A stretch of DNA of 29,398 nucleotides from the IMG/VR virus record IMGVR_UViG_3300005286_000499, positions 1-29,398 of that record, one strand, 5' to 3'. The position numbers and the translations under genes are program-made. How positions within the stretch are numbered: the first letter of the stretch is position 1; every line of letters begins with the position of its first letter. The notes under the pieces are model-generated. The model saw only the letters and a program-made list of their open reading frames with translations, was not told the origin of the DNA and ran no database searches. This stretch comes from a virus (Duplodnaviria; Caudoviricetes). Positions 8,903 through 17,939 of this stretch are shown in pieces.

Positions 8903-8920
8903 GGTGTGATCTCTACTGTC

Positions 8921-8936
8921 TTGCGATACTTGCGAT
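8921..8936 (-). promoter_or_regulatory. Tandem motif copy ATCGCAA-GT-ATCGCAA upstream of the hub gene RBS
   Basis: One of four similar, co-oriented copies next to an RBS. Confidence 0.55.
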
Positions 8937-8941
8937 TGGTA

Positions 8942-9691
8942 TTACTTAAAACGAGGATGCCACTTGAGCGTGGCGAGGGAGAGCGTGAGGTCGCCCGTGG
9001 TGCTGATCTCGAACACGTTGTCCACGTGCGGCGTGAGGTAAATCCAGTCGCCCGACTGCCACTCCCCAATTACCGAGGAGCCGCTTCGGGTGATGTCTTC
9101 TGCTTCGCTGTTGATCACCACCAGCCCTGTGGCGGCAGGCTTGATCTCCACGGACTCTCCACGGGTCGTGTTGGTGACCGTGACCGTGCCATCCGAACCG
9201 AGGCTGGAGACGGTGAGTTCGATCCTGGCGGGAGTCTGGTGATCCCCGCCGATCCCCGCACCCAGAACCGTGGTGTCATCGCCGCTGGTCGCCAGGCCGA
9301 AACTCGACTCGGACGTGGTCTTGGCGAGGCCATCGGGCACGTAGAACGTGACCTCATATCCGAGGCGGAAACTCTGCGGCGTGATAATCTCGGTGATGGC
9401 CTCGACCTGGGCCGCGTAGGCCCTTCCTGACTCGATCACCAGGCTGCCCGTGGTGCCGATCTGGAGGCCGTTGCGAAGGGCGTTGAGGGCCGTTTCCCGT
9501 GCGGATTCCGAGGCGCAACTCACGATCCCTGAGACCACTATCTTCTTCGGGCCGAGGAGGGCCGATTGGGCATACGCCCCGTCGAACCCTACGGAATCAG
9601 CGGCGCGAAGCCGCGCCACCACAGGCCGCTGTATGTCCTGGATCGCGCCTGGAAGGGTGTAAGAACCAAAAACGGGATTCGATGCTGGCAT
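8942..9691 (-). CDS. Distal tail protein (Dit-like)
   Basis: Lies directly after the tape measure gene. Size, DGAY..KIVVSG and W..L.P.DN patterns resemble siphophage Dit. Confidence 0.75.
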   Translation of the reverse strand: MPASNPVFGSYTLPGAIQDIQRPVVARLRAADSVGFDGAYAQSALLGPKKIVVSGIVSCASESARETALNALRNGLQIGTTGSLVIESGRAYAAQVEAITEIITPQSFRLGYEVTFYVPDGLAKTTSESSFGLATSGDDTTVLGAGIGGDHQTPARIELTVSSLGSDGTVTVTNTTRGESVEIKPAATGLVVINSEAEDITRSGSSVIGEWQSGDWIYLTPHVDNVFEISTTGDLTLSLATLKWHPRFK

Positions 9692-9718
9692 GGGGTGATC
9701 TTCCTGAGAAATGAGGCT

Positions 9719-9740
9719 CAGGGGCCAAATTTGGCCCCTG
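9719..9740. repeat. Perfect 22-bp palindrome between the tape measure and Dit genes
   Basis: caggggccaaatttggcccctg. Confidence 0.85.
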
Positions 9741-9741
9741 T

Positions 9742-12561
9742 TTAGAAGTCGAGGGCCTTCTCCACGGACCTTCCGATGGCCCGTCCGAAGGCGTCGAGGT
9801 CCGTGCCCGAGTTGATGGTCACAGGACCGTTCACGGACACCAGGGCCGACCTGCCGCCTGTCTCGGTGCCGCCGCCTGTGCGGACGTTGGAGTTGCCGCC
9901 GCTGATCGTGGCCGATCCCATGTGGATGGCACCGAGGGCCGCCGCGCCCGACAGACCTGCCATCACGAACTCCCCGAAGTTGCCCGACCCGAGGGCCGAG
10001 CCAATGGAGGACCCCACGGAGAACCCTGTGAGGAGGCTGGCACCGCCCGTGAAGGCAGCCAGGCCGAGGCCGAGGAGACCGCCGAACAGGCCGCCGCGCT
10101 TGCGGCGACCTCCCATGGCCCCGAGGGCTGAGAGCAGCCCGTAGCCCATGGAAAGGACCTGACCCGCCGCCCCGACGATGCCCTGGAGAGAGGCCGAAAG
10201 GCCGTCTCCGAGGTCTCCGAACAGGCCCTTGATCTGCGGGGCCAGGTATTCGTCCCAGGCCATCGAGAGGAGACTCTTAGCGCCGAGGGTGGCGAAGGTC
10301 TGCCAGAATCCCCGCACGGCGTCCTTTAGGGTTCGGCCATTGATGAACGCCTGGGCCAGGGCGTCCTCGATCCCCCTGCCAGCCTCCTTCGCAGACGCCA
10401 CCAGGGCGTCGAAATACCTGGACGGACTCAGGTTCGTATTGGCTTTGGCCCTGGTCCCAACGAGGTCGCGGAACGGCTGGACACCCGCCATTTCGTTCTG
10501 TCGTTTTTGTTGGGCGATAACCTCCACGTTGCGGCGCTGGGCCTCGGTCAGTTCGTCCCAGGTCTTGCGGTAAAGGTCGAGGCTTTCCCGATCCAAGTCC
10601 GTGGTGGCGGTGAGTCGCTTGTATTCCACCTGGAGGTCGGACAACACGCCCTGGACCCGCTCCGACTCACGAACCATGTCCCGCCAGGCGTCGGAGTTGA
10701 CCGTGTTCTTCACCTTCTCCCAGGCTCGACCCGCCCAGCCGCCAGAGGCGGCCTCTTCCTTCGCGGCCTCGATCTGGCCTCTCAGGGCGGCGGCAGAAGC
10801 GGACATACGCCCCGCAAAGGTGGTACCCAGGAGGGGATACTTCTGCTGGTAAGCCGAGGCCGAGGATTCGCCGCTCAGGGTTCTGGCGAGTTCCTGACGA
10901 AGACCCGCGATCTCCCTTTCCGCCGCCTGTTTCTGGCCGATGATGTCCTTGCGGACACCCGCGAACGGGGCGGTCATCTGGCCGATCAGAATGTCCCAGG
11001 GCGTGAGGGTGTTCAGGTTGGCCTGTTTGGGAGTCCTGCTGCCATTGCCCTTCGTCTTCTTCGCGGAAGTCGAGCCGCCGCCAAGGAGGCTGCTGTAATC
11101 GCCCTGAATCCCCTTCGCCTGTCCGATCAGGTCGGCCTGGAGTTTCTTCTGGGCGTTGATCGCCTCCTGGGCCTCCTTCTTCGCCTGAGCCTCCCGCTTG
11201 CTGATCTCATCCTTGCGGTACTTCTCGGCGGTGCGGAGGGTGTTGTCCCGAAGGGCGATCAGCCTGTTTCGCTCACGCTGTAGATTAACGGTCTTCGTGA
11301 GGTAATACTCGGTGTCTATCGAGAAGGGTGACGACTTGCCCAGGGAGCGGTATCGCTCGATCTCCTTGTTTCGGGCCGCGATGTCCTTATCAATGTCCTG
11401 AGCCTTGGCGATGAAGTCGGCAGAACCGATAGGCTTTTCCGCCGCCTTGATCACCGCGTTGGATCGGGATTCCCACTGTTTGAGGGCGATGTAGGCGGCA
11501 CCCGCCGCCGCCGCGATGGCGGTCAGCGTGGCGAGAAGGGGATTCCCCGCCACGAAGGCAAGGGAGGCCGTCTTGGCGGCACCGAGCGCCGTGACCAGGG
11601 AGTTGATCCCGATGACCAGAGGGCCGACCACACCCGCGATCCCGACCAGGCCAACACTCAGGTTTTGCACGGGCTTGGGGAGATCACGGAACGCCAGAAG
11701 CAGCCCACGGGCGACCTCGACCGCCTGTTTGACCACGGGCAGGAGTTGAGTCGCCAGTTCGGTCTTAAAGTCCTCGAATTCCGCCTGGAGTTTCTTGGTC
11801 TGATTGCTCAGGCTGCCGCCCGTGCGTTCCATGTCGCCCTGGGCAATGGCGGTCTGGCGCAAGACCACCGCATATGTGGCGGCGGCCTTCGTAGCGGGAG
11901 AGAGGCCCTCTTTCTCCGTTTTGATCAGGCCCATGCGGAGGGCCTCGGCCTTGAGGGCGGCCTCGTTGAGGTTCACGCCGAAACGGCGCAGCGGCTCGGA
12001 TTCGCCGACCAGACCTGATCGGAGGGCGTCGATGGCATCCTGGACCGAGGTGTTGTTGAAGGAGGCCAGGTCGGCGGCCAACTTGATCAGGTCCTTGGAG
12101 AGACCCGCCGAGGCGGCCTGTCCGAAGCCCATGGATCGGAAGAGGTTACCAAAGTCACCCGCCGCCGCCAGAGCCTCCCGCCGCGTGAGGCCCAGGGCCG
12201 TGGCCGTGGTCTTGGACCAGGCGTTGATCTCCCTGCCCGACTTGCCGAACAGGGTATCGACCTTGCTGACCGATTCCTGAATGTCCGTGGCCCAGCCGAC
12301 AGCGGCTTTGGTAGCGTCGAGAAGCGGCTTGGTCAGGTTGGCGTAAAGACTCTGGGCCAGTCCCGCCAGGGACACAGCCAATTGCTGTTTGGCGGTCTTG
12401 CCGAGGTCCTTGAGGGCCTTGTTGGTATCTTCCACGCCCTCCACGGCGGCCTCGGCCTTCTTGCCGACACTATCAAATCCCTTATTGACCGCCGCCATGC
12501 CCTGCCGAAACTGGCGATCATCGAGCGAAACAGTGGTTGTGAGTTGGGCAATGGTAGGCAA
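9742..12561 (-). CDS. Tape measure protein
   Basis: Long Ala/Gly-rich helical protein with the LAADLASFNN..ALRSGLVGESEPLRRFGV motif. TTG start at 12561 follows the GGAGACCAC RBS. Confidence 0.92.
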   Translation of the reverse strand: MPTIAQLTTTVSLDDRQFRQGMAAVNKGFDSVGKKAEAAVEGVEDTNKALKDLGKTAKQQLAVSLAGLAQSLYANLTKPLLDATKAAVGWATDIQESVSKVDTLFGKSGREINAWSKTTATALGLTRREALAAAGDFGNLFRSMGFGQAASAGLSKDLIKLAADLASFNNTSVQDAIDALRSGLVGESEPLRRFGVNLNEAALKAEALRMGLIKTEKEGLSPATKAAATYAVVLRQTAIAQGDMERTGGSLSNQTKKLQAEFEDFKTELATQLLPVVKQAVEVARGLLLAFRDLPKPVQNLSVGLVGIAGVVGPLVIGINSLVTALGAAKTASLAFVAGNPLLATLTAIAAAAGAAYIALKQWESRSNAVIKAAEKPIGSADFIAKAQDIDKDIAARNKEIERYRSLGKSSPFSIDTEYYLTKTVNLQRERNRLIALRDNTLRTAEKYRKDEISKREAQAKKEAQEAINAQKKLQADLIGQAKGIQGDYSSLLGGGSTSAKKTKGNGSRTPKQANLNTLTPWDILIGQMTAPFAGVRKDIIGQKQAAEREIAGLRQELARTLSGESSASAYQQKYPLLGTTFAGRMSASAAALRGQIEAAKEEAASGGWAGRAWEKVKNTVNSDAWRDMVRESERVQGVLSDLQVEYKRLTATTDLDRESLDLYRKTWDELTEAQRRNVEVIAQQKRQNEMAGVQPFRDLVGTRAKANTNLSPSRYFDALVASAKEAGRGIEDALAQAFINGRTLKDAVRGFWQTFATLGAKSLLSMAWDEYLAPQIKGLFGDLGDGLSASLQGIVGAAGQVLSMGYGLLSALGAMGGRRKRGGLFGGLLGLGLAAFTGGASLLTGFSVGSSIGSALGSGNFGEFVMAGLSGAAALGAIHMGSATISGGNSNVRTGGGTETGGRSALVSVNGPVTINSGTDLDAFGRAIGRSVEKALDF

Positions 12562-12654
12562 CGCGTGGTCTCCCAGAAACGGGCCTCGTTGGGCCAAAAA
12601 ACAGGCGGCCTGGAGTCGGATCAAGACCGCTCAGGCCGCGCGTGGGGTGCCGTG

Positions 12655-12849
12655 CTATAGCGGCTTGTGGAGGTATCGGAGGTCGAGCAGATACCAGTTC
12701 CAACGGCGAAGTATCCACTCATAGTCCTTGTCGAGGACTTCGTCCTCGGTCAGGTTGGCGTATCGCGCCACGGCGCAAATCACGTAGTCCTCGGGCGGCG
12801 ATCCGCCGTTGTCCCGTAACCAGGATTCGAGCCGCGCTAATTCAAAGGG
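12655..12849 (-). CDS. Tail assembly chaperone frameshift extension (gpGT-like, -1 frame)
   Basis: Slippery heptamer C CCT TTG (12849-12843) lies just before the chaperone stop. The -1 frame is open (..FELARLESWLRD...WNWYLLDLRYLHKPL) to a TAG ending at 12655. Confidence 0.8.
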   Translation of the reverse strand, partial: PFELARLESWLRDNGGSPPEDYVICAVARYANLTEDEVLDKDYEWILRRWNWYLLDLRYLHKPL

Positions 12850-13160
12850 TCCGCGCCCTGGGCCTCCTTGATGGCAACCACCACGGCGTTGAGGACTTCG
12901 TAAGGGACCTGACTGATCCCTTCCTCGTTACAGGGGATCACCTTGCCCTTCTCATCCTCCAGGTCCCAGGATTTGAGACAGGCCGATAGGAGGGCCACGA
13001 CCTCGTCATAGGTGGCTTCGGCGTCCACGGATCGGGCCGCCAGGCTGCGGAAGAAGCGGGGCGTGATCGCGGACTTGTCGAGTACCACGGTGAGTTCGGA
13101 GCCGTTGTCGAACGGGACCTTGATCTCCCTGGTCGGGCAGATAGCGGAAATCTTTGGCAT
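12837..13160 (-). CDS. Tail assembly chaperone (gpG-like)
   Basis: Between the tail tube and tape measure genes. LKSWDLEDEKG..IPC motif. Ends at the slippery site. Confidence 0.85.
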   Translation of the reverse strand: MPKISAICPTREIKVPFDNGSELTVVLDKSAITPRFFRSLAARSVDAEATYDEVVALLSACLKSWDLEDEKGKVIPCNEEGISQVPYEVLNAVVVAIKEAQGADPLN

Positions 13161-13183
13161 GGGATTGATCTCTTTTCTTGGCG

Positions 13184-13210
13184 GGAGGGCGGTCTGATCA
13201 GCCGCCCTCC
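13184..13210 (-). terminator. Hairpin after the tail tube gene (attenuator or RNA-stabilising stem)
   Basis: ggagggcgg / ccgccctcc 9-bp stem. No clear U-tract on the minus strand. Confidence 0.4.
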
Positions 13211-13225
13211 TCGTGGCGTAAGTCG

Positions 13226-14281
13226 TTACTCTTCGGGCACGATCACTTCGCCGTCTGTGTCGTACTGGTAGGCCTCGCCCACACCCTGGACACCCGCGTT
13301 GAGTTCGCCAGGAACCAGAGTGGCGGCATCCGATCCGTTGATCCAGGAGGCGGTCATGGCGATCTGACAGACCGTGGCGAGGGTGGAATCATATACGGCC
13401 TCCAGCCCGAAGTCGGCGCAATACTGGCCCGAGTTGTCCGACCCGCCTGGGTCCTTGAACTTGAAGGCGAATCGGATGTCCAGGGTGTTGGTGCCCTGGA
13501 CCATGTAGATTCGGCAGTACCGCTTGGTATGCGCCAGCATGTCCGCGTGGAAGGAGACCGCCTTGGCGAGTCGCACCAGGCTCATGGTCGCCCCGATGTT
13601 CGGACTCGTATCGGAGAGGAACGCCCAGGACTCGGTATCGGAAATTCCGTAGGTCGGATCAACCAGGCCGTCAATGCTGAAGTCGAAGGCCAGGAGTTCC
13701 TCATCGGAGAGTTTGTAGGTCGTGTTGGTGAGATCAGCCGCGCTATTGGCGATCCAGACGCTCACGTTCCGAGGCCCGAAGTGAATCTGAGGGACCTGAA
13801 CGGCATCCTCCGTCATCGAGCCAGTGTCGCTCACGCCACGGGCAACCAGGGTGCCGCTAAAGGTCGGAGCGGTGGTCGGGCTGAGGCTGAGGGAGAGCGA
13901 TCCCACACGGGCACCCACGAACTTGGAGATCACGTCATCGCGGCCATACTCCATCGTGAAGGACACAACATCTTCGGCGTACTGATTGAGTTTCCAGGTC
14001 GCCGTGGCGCTGCTGATCGTGGGTTCGCCGATGGCGCTGCTGATCCAGTAGAAGAGGTCCGAGGCGTTGGCAAAGCCGCTGATGTCGATGTCGGTGCTGG
14101 TCTTGCCCACGATCACGTCGGTGGTGCCGCGCTGGCCCGTGGCCTTCACGGATTCCGAAGGCGCAGACGGTCGGGGAAGGACCTGGGTGGAGGCCAATTT
14201 GATCGGGGCCGCGACACCCGTGGCAGGAGTCGTTTCGGCACCAATCTGGACCTGTTGATATGTCAAATTTCGCCCTGGCAT
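13226..14281 (-). CDS. Major tail (tube) protein
   Basis: Between the tail terminator and chaperone genes. QIGAETTPATGVAA N-terminus and SFTMEYG...F.GARV.SLSLS pattern. Confidence 0.8.
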   Translation of the reverse strand: MPGRNLTYQQVQIGAETTPATGVAAPIKLASTQVLPRPSAPSESVKATGQRGTTDVIVGKTSTDIDISGFANASDLFYWISSAIGEPTISSATATWKLNQYAEDVVSFTMEYGRDDVISKFVGARVGSLSLSLSPTTAPTFSGTLVARGVSDTGSMTEDAVQVPQIHFGPRNVSVWIANSAADLTNTTYKLSDEELLAFDFSIDGLVDPTYGISDTESWAFLSDTSPNIGATMSLVRLAKAVSFHADMLAHTKRYCRIYMVQGTNTLDIRFAFKFKDPGGSDNSGQYCADFGLEAVYDSTLATVCQIAMTASWINGSDAATLVPGELNAGVQGVGEAYQYDTDGEVIVPEE

Positions 14282-14300
14282 AGGGTGTGATCTCCTTGAT

Positions 14301-14316
14301 TCGCAATGGTAGCGAT
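14301..14316 (-). promoter_or_regulatory. Tandem motif copy ATCGCTA-CC-ATTGCGA upstream of the tail tube RBS
   Basis: One of four similar, co-oriented copies next to an RBS. Confidence 0.5.
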
Positions 14317-14777
14317 TAATCCACTACCGTTGCATAGGTGCGGTACAGGCCGCCGATGTGCTGGATCGCCGCGCCGCTGCTGGGCGCGGTCTCCTCGTAG
14401 TCGAAACTGGATTCTCGGAACAGGCCGTCGATTCGGATGGCGGGACGTGAGAGTTCGGTATCGGCCTCGATGAGGCCCTGGGCACCCGTGAGGAGGGAAT
14501 CCACGAGGGCCGCCGCCCTCTCCAACTGATCGACCTGATCGGCGGTCTCGGCCACGCCCATGACCTGAACGTTGTAGACCAGGCTGGACATGAGCCTCGG
14601 GGCCGCGCTTCCTACCGTATTAATGTCCACGGAGGAGGCTGGCGTAAAGACCACGTAGGGCCAGGCCGCGCCCTGGGGCGCACGGCGCAGATACACGCCA
14701 CTCACGAGGTCATTAAGGTCCTCGGAAGAGGAGAGGGTTTCGGTTATCAGGCGGGAGACCGCCGCGATCTCGTTCAT
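14316..14777 (-). CDS. Tail terminator / completion protein (DUF3168-like)
   Basis: GVY...APQGAAWPYVVF motif and position before the tail tube gene. Confidence 0.8.
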   Translation of the reverse strand: MNEIAAVSRLITETLSSSEDLNDLVSGVYLRRAPQGAAWPYVVFTPASSVDINTVGSAAPRLMSSLVYNVQVMGVAETADQVDQLERAAALVDSLLTGAQGLIEADTELSRPAIRIDGLFRESSFDYEETAPSSGAAIQHIGGLYRTYATVVD

Positions 14778-15124
14778 CGTGTGGCCTCCTTCGCGGCCCG
14801 ATCTATCGCCTCGATGATCGCCTCCTGGAAGGGCTGGGCCTGTTCCTCCAGGCTGGGCACCAGAAACGGCTGGGCCGCCATGCGACTGGTCCCCAACTCC
14901 TGGTAGAGCATGTGTTCTGCGGAGAATCCGACCACGGCCTCCAGATCGGTCACCATCTCGTAAAAGCCCGAGGCGGCACCCTCGCCCGTGTCCTTGGGTG
15001 CCCTCTCCTGGGATCGCGACAGTACCGTGGCGGCAGTCCTTTCCACGGCCTCCCCAAGATACTGGTGGGCCATTGAGGAGACCCTGGGGATGTTGTTGCG
15101 GAGTACCACGCGGCTCATTCTCAC
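14774..15124 (-). CDS. HK97 gp10-family tail component
   Basis: APKDTG and YQELGTSRMAAQPFLVPS motifs. The start may be the ATG at 15118. Confidence 0.88.
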   Translation of the reverse strand: MRMSRVVLRNNIPRVSSMAHQYLGEAVERTAATVLSRSQERAPKDTGEGAASGFYEMVTDLEAVVGFSAEHMLYQELGTSRMAAQPFLVPSLEEQAQPFQEAIIEAIDRAAKEATR

Positions 15125-16008
15125 GGCCTCACAATGACCTTGATCGGGCCGAACGTGGTAGAAGTGTCGCCGAAGTTCGCTCTCACGGTCATGCGATAGG
15201 TGCCACGGTCGGGCGTGTCGAGGTCTACCACCACGGCCCCGACTTCGGCATCAGCGGCCTCGATATCAGGAGAGTCCTGAGCCTCCCCCGTGAGGGTCGA
15301 GATCAGGGACACGCTAAGTTCCGCCCCGCTGATGTCTACAGGGCCGTTGGCCCCGTCGCGCAGGTACAGGCGTACAGGGGCGCTGTCCCCTGCCGTGCGT
15401 TCGATAGTGCGGTCATCCGTGGTAAGGCTGGTCGTGATCACATACGGTCCCTCGACGAGGCGCACACTCGTGCTGCCGCCGCCCGAAGTCAGGGTACGGG
15501 TCACGAAACCCCACACGGCGCTGGCGATGTCGGCAACCGAGGGAAGTCCGTTCACGAGGCTGACGAGGGTGTTGGCATTGTCGTGGATTCCTTCAATCAG
15601 GTCGATCTTCTCCGCCCGTGAGGCAGGCAGTCTGGAATCCCACAGCGCGAGCGATTGGGAGGCAAAGGAGGCCGCGCTTTGGGCGGCGCTGTTCGCACTC
15701 TGCGCCCTGGTAGCAGCATCCTGGGCGTAGTAGGCAGCGTCATTTGCGATCAGCGTGAGGGCATCGAGGTCTACAGGGGCTTCGATCCCCGCCGAGGCAA
15801 CCACGGTCGCGCCCGAGAGGACACGGAACGATCCCGAGAAGTCATCAGAGACCTGACCGCGCCATTCGTAGATGCCGCCGCCGATCTCCTCAAAGCCCGT
15901 GGTGATGTCATCACCCGCCTGGTCCCCAACGGCGTCGTAGAGTTGCCCCGTGAGGGCCAAGCCCGTGGAGGAGGCGCGGAGGATGATAGGGATGGTCAGG
16001 TCGCGCAC
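15121..16008 (-). CDS. Putative virion structural protein with a coiled segment and a C-terminal BppU/Ig-like domain
   Basis: GDSAPVRLYLRDG..GPVDISGAEL resembles BppU N-terminal-like domains. Ala-rich helix and the ADIASAVW motif. Confidence 0.5.
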   Translation of the reverse strand: MRDLTIPIILRASSTGLALTGQLYDAVGDQAGDDITTGFEEIGGGIYEWRGQVSDDFSGSFRVLSGATVVASAGIEAPVDLDALTLIANDAAYYAQDAATRAQSANSAAQSAASFASQSLALWDSRLPASRAEKIDLIEGIHDNANTLVSLVNGLPSVADIASAVWGFVTRTLTSGGGSTSVRLVEGPYVITTSLTTDDRTIERTAGDSAPVRLYLRDGANGPVDISGAELSVSLISTLTGEAQDSPDIEAADAEVGAVVVDLDTPDRGTYRMTVRANFGDTSTTFGPIKVIVRP

Positions 16009-16011
16009 GAC

Positions 16012-16320
16012 TTATTCCTCGTCTTCGATGGCCGCCACGACAGGGGCGCGGAGAGCCTCTACCGTCTGCACGGCAAGAGCCTGATACTGCGTCTGGGTGT
16101 TGGCGACTGCTACCCGAACCGCATTCGCGGCGGATACCTGGAGGATGTAGTCCATGATCCTTTCGAGGGTGAACGCCTCGCGGCTCTGGGGATTGGGGAT
16201 CGTCAGGCCAGGGTTCTGGGGATCGGCCACGACCTCCTGATAGCCGAACGTTTGGCAGAATCCGTTGAGAATATGCTCCATCCCTTCGTCGGGGATGTTC
16301 GTGTAGGTGATCTTCTTCAT
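16012..16320 (-). CDS. Phage hypothetical protein (possible fibre partner or chaperone)
   Basis: Has the GAGATCAC RBS motif and follows the fibre-like gene. Confidence 0.55.
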   Translation of the reverse strand: MKKITYTNIPDEGMEHILNGFCQTFGYQEVVADPQNPGLTIPNPQSREAFTLERIMDYILQVSAANAVRVAVANTQTQYQALAVQTVEALRAPVVAAIEDEE

Positions 16321-16346
16321 TTAGTGTGATCTCTCGTGAGGGAACC

Positions 16347-17450
16347 TTACGTGATGGAGTCGTAGATAGGGACAAAGCCGAGGCTGTTGCCACTGGCATC
16401 GAAGACTTCCATCTTCTTCGTTACGGAACCGAGCGTAGTGGCGCTGGCGCTGTTGCCTACCCCGAGGCCGACGTGGGCAACGGTCTTACCGTCTGCCAGG
16501 ACCGACAGATGCTTCGTGGTCGCAGTATTCGCCGTAACCTCGAAGGTGCTGACACTCTGACCTGACGCGCCCTGCACTCTGAACTGAGGAAGGGAGGCCA
16601 CGCTGCTGGTCACGTCGCAGGCGGCGGTTTGGCCCGAGGTGGGAGTTCCTGCCGAGATCGGGCGTAGCCGCAGCGTCGTGTCGTAGGAGTTCAGGGCGTT
16701 GTCAAAACTCACAGTGCCCTTCGTCACGAAGGGGCCGTTCACGCGAACCTCGTTGTTGAAGATCGTGTTGCCGCTGACCGTGAGGCCCCCAGACAGGGTG
16801 GAGGCGCGACCGATCAGGGTGGTGGCAGTCCCCGACGTGTTGTACATCTGGAGGCCCGAGGAACTGATCGCCGCGATGGCGACCCCCGCAGAGTCTTTGA
16901 CGATAAGGCTCGGTTCGGTCTGCCCCGAGGCCGTCTGGACTTCCAGAGTCGGTTTGGTGGTCAGGGTATTGCGGACCTGGAGGCCATCCTTTATCCAGAA
17001 CCGTCCGTCGTTCACCATGCCCCCGAACACGTTGTTAAGCGCAGTGCCCTTCGCGACGAAGGCGGGGCCGATAACGCTGTAGGACCAGGTGGCGTTATCG
17101 ATGAGGCCGCTGCCGCTGGAGTCAATGCGGACAAAGTTGCCCGACGTGATGCCGCCCGACACGTTCAGCGTTCCTGTGAGCGCAATGGCGGCCATGTCGG
17201 CGTTGCCGTATGCGTCGGTCCCTGGTGCGTCGATGGCCCATCCCGCCTGGCCCTTGTTGTAGCGCAGACGCAGGGGATACGACGGCCCCTGTAAGGTGAG
17301 AATCCGTGCCGAGTTGTCCCAGGACATCCTTGACGCCCCCTGGAGTGTGGTGCCCTCCCACGTGAGGATACGGTTGTCAGCCAGCGTGTCTGCTGCCACG
17401 TCCGACAGGTCGGCGAGGGCATCCACGGGTGGTGCTATCGCAATACTCAT
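16347..17450 (-). CDS. Fibre/spike-like virion protein
   Basis: LADLSDV...NRILTWEGT N-terminal fibre motif. Gly/Thr/Ser-rich beta repeats (VQTASGQT and VQGASGQS). Confidence 0.6.
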   Translation of the reverse strand: MSIAIAPPVDALADLSDVAADTLADNRILTWEGTTLQGASRMSWDNSARILTLQGPSYPLRLRYNKGQAGWAIDAPGTDAYGNADMAAIALTGTLNVSGGITSGNFVRIDSSGSGLIDNATWSYSVIGPAFVAKGTALNNVFGGMVNDGRFWIKDGLQVRNTLTTKPTLEVQTASGQTEPSLIVKDSAGVAIAAISSSGLQMYNTSGTATTLIGRASTLSGGLTVSGNTIFNNEVRVNGPFVTKGTVSFDNALNSYDTTLRLRPISAGTPTSGQTAACDVTSSVASLPQFRVQGASGQSVSTFEVTANTATTKHLSVLADGKTVAHVGLGVGNSASATTLGSVTKKMEVFDASGNSLGFVPIYDSIT

Positions 17451-17653
17451 TTAGTGATCTCCTGCTTGCGCGGCCAGAACCAATGGCCGATGATCACGCC
17501 GATCATCAGCGGCACCATCGGGGTTGCATCGGTGCCCTGCCAGACCATGTGAGAGAGGGTGTCGTTGTCGCGGCGGTTCGCCAGCGTGTAGACCTCATAG
17601 GCGAGGCCGAAACCGAGGATGGCCGCCCAGGCGGTCTTAGGCCCTATCTTCAT
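17447..17653 (-). CDS. Small two-TM membrane protein (holin-like)
   Basis: Two hydrophobic segments and a basic C-terminus. Overlaps its neighbours. Confidence 0.55.
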   Translation of the reverse strand: MKIGPKTAWAAILGFGLAYEVYTLANRRDNDTLSHMVWQGTDATPMVPLMIGVIIGHWFWPRKQEITK

Positions 17654-17930
17654 CGTCCTGCCCCTTTACCTCGACCTGATCGGCGACCCACTCGGCCATC
17701 TTGGGGTTTCGGATGAAGAGGTAGGCACTTACGAATCCCGCACCCGCAGTGACGTAGACCGCCTTTTCGGCGGGGACGCCCGAGGTGGAGAGGATGTAGG
17801 CACTGGCGGCGATGGTCGCCCCGACCGCCGTGGAGAACTCGGCCACGCGGAATCGGTCGAAGTACCGCGCCAGGATCGCGGGGAAAAGGGACTTAGCGCC
17901 CTTCATCAGTTTCTTGAGTAGTTCGTCCAT
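17637..17930 (-). CDS. Small membrane protein (holin-like)
   Basis: Two moderately hydrophobic segments and a charged tail. AGGAGACTCAC RBS. Confidence 0.55.
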   Translation of the reverse strand: MDELLKKLMKGAKSLFPAILARYFDRFRVAEFSTAVGATIAASAYILSTSGVPAEKAVYVTAGAGFVSAYLFIRNPKMAEWVADQVEVKGQDDEDRA

Positions 17931-17939
17931 GTGAGTCTC

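Noticed and set aside
12562-12624. Longer N-terminus for the tape measure protein as given in the ORF track (likewise starts at 471, 3387, 21443, 25502 and 25559)
   Set aside because: Downstream starts have clear RBS motifs and more plausible N-termini.
5513-17450. Diversity-generating retroelement or invertible tail-fibre cassette
   Set aside because: No reverse transcriptase or invertase gene, and no template/variable repeat pair noticed by eye.
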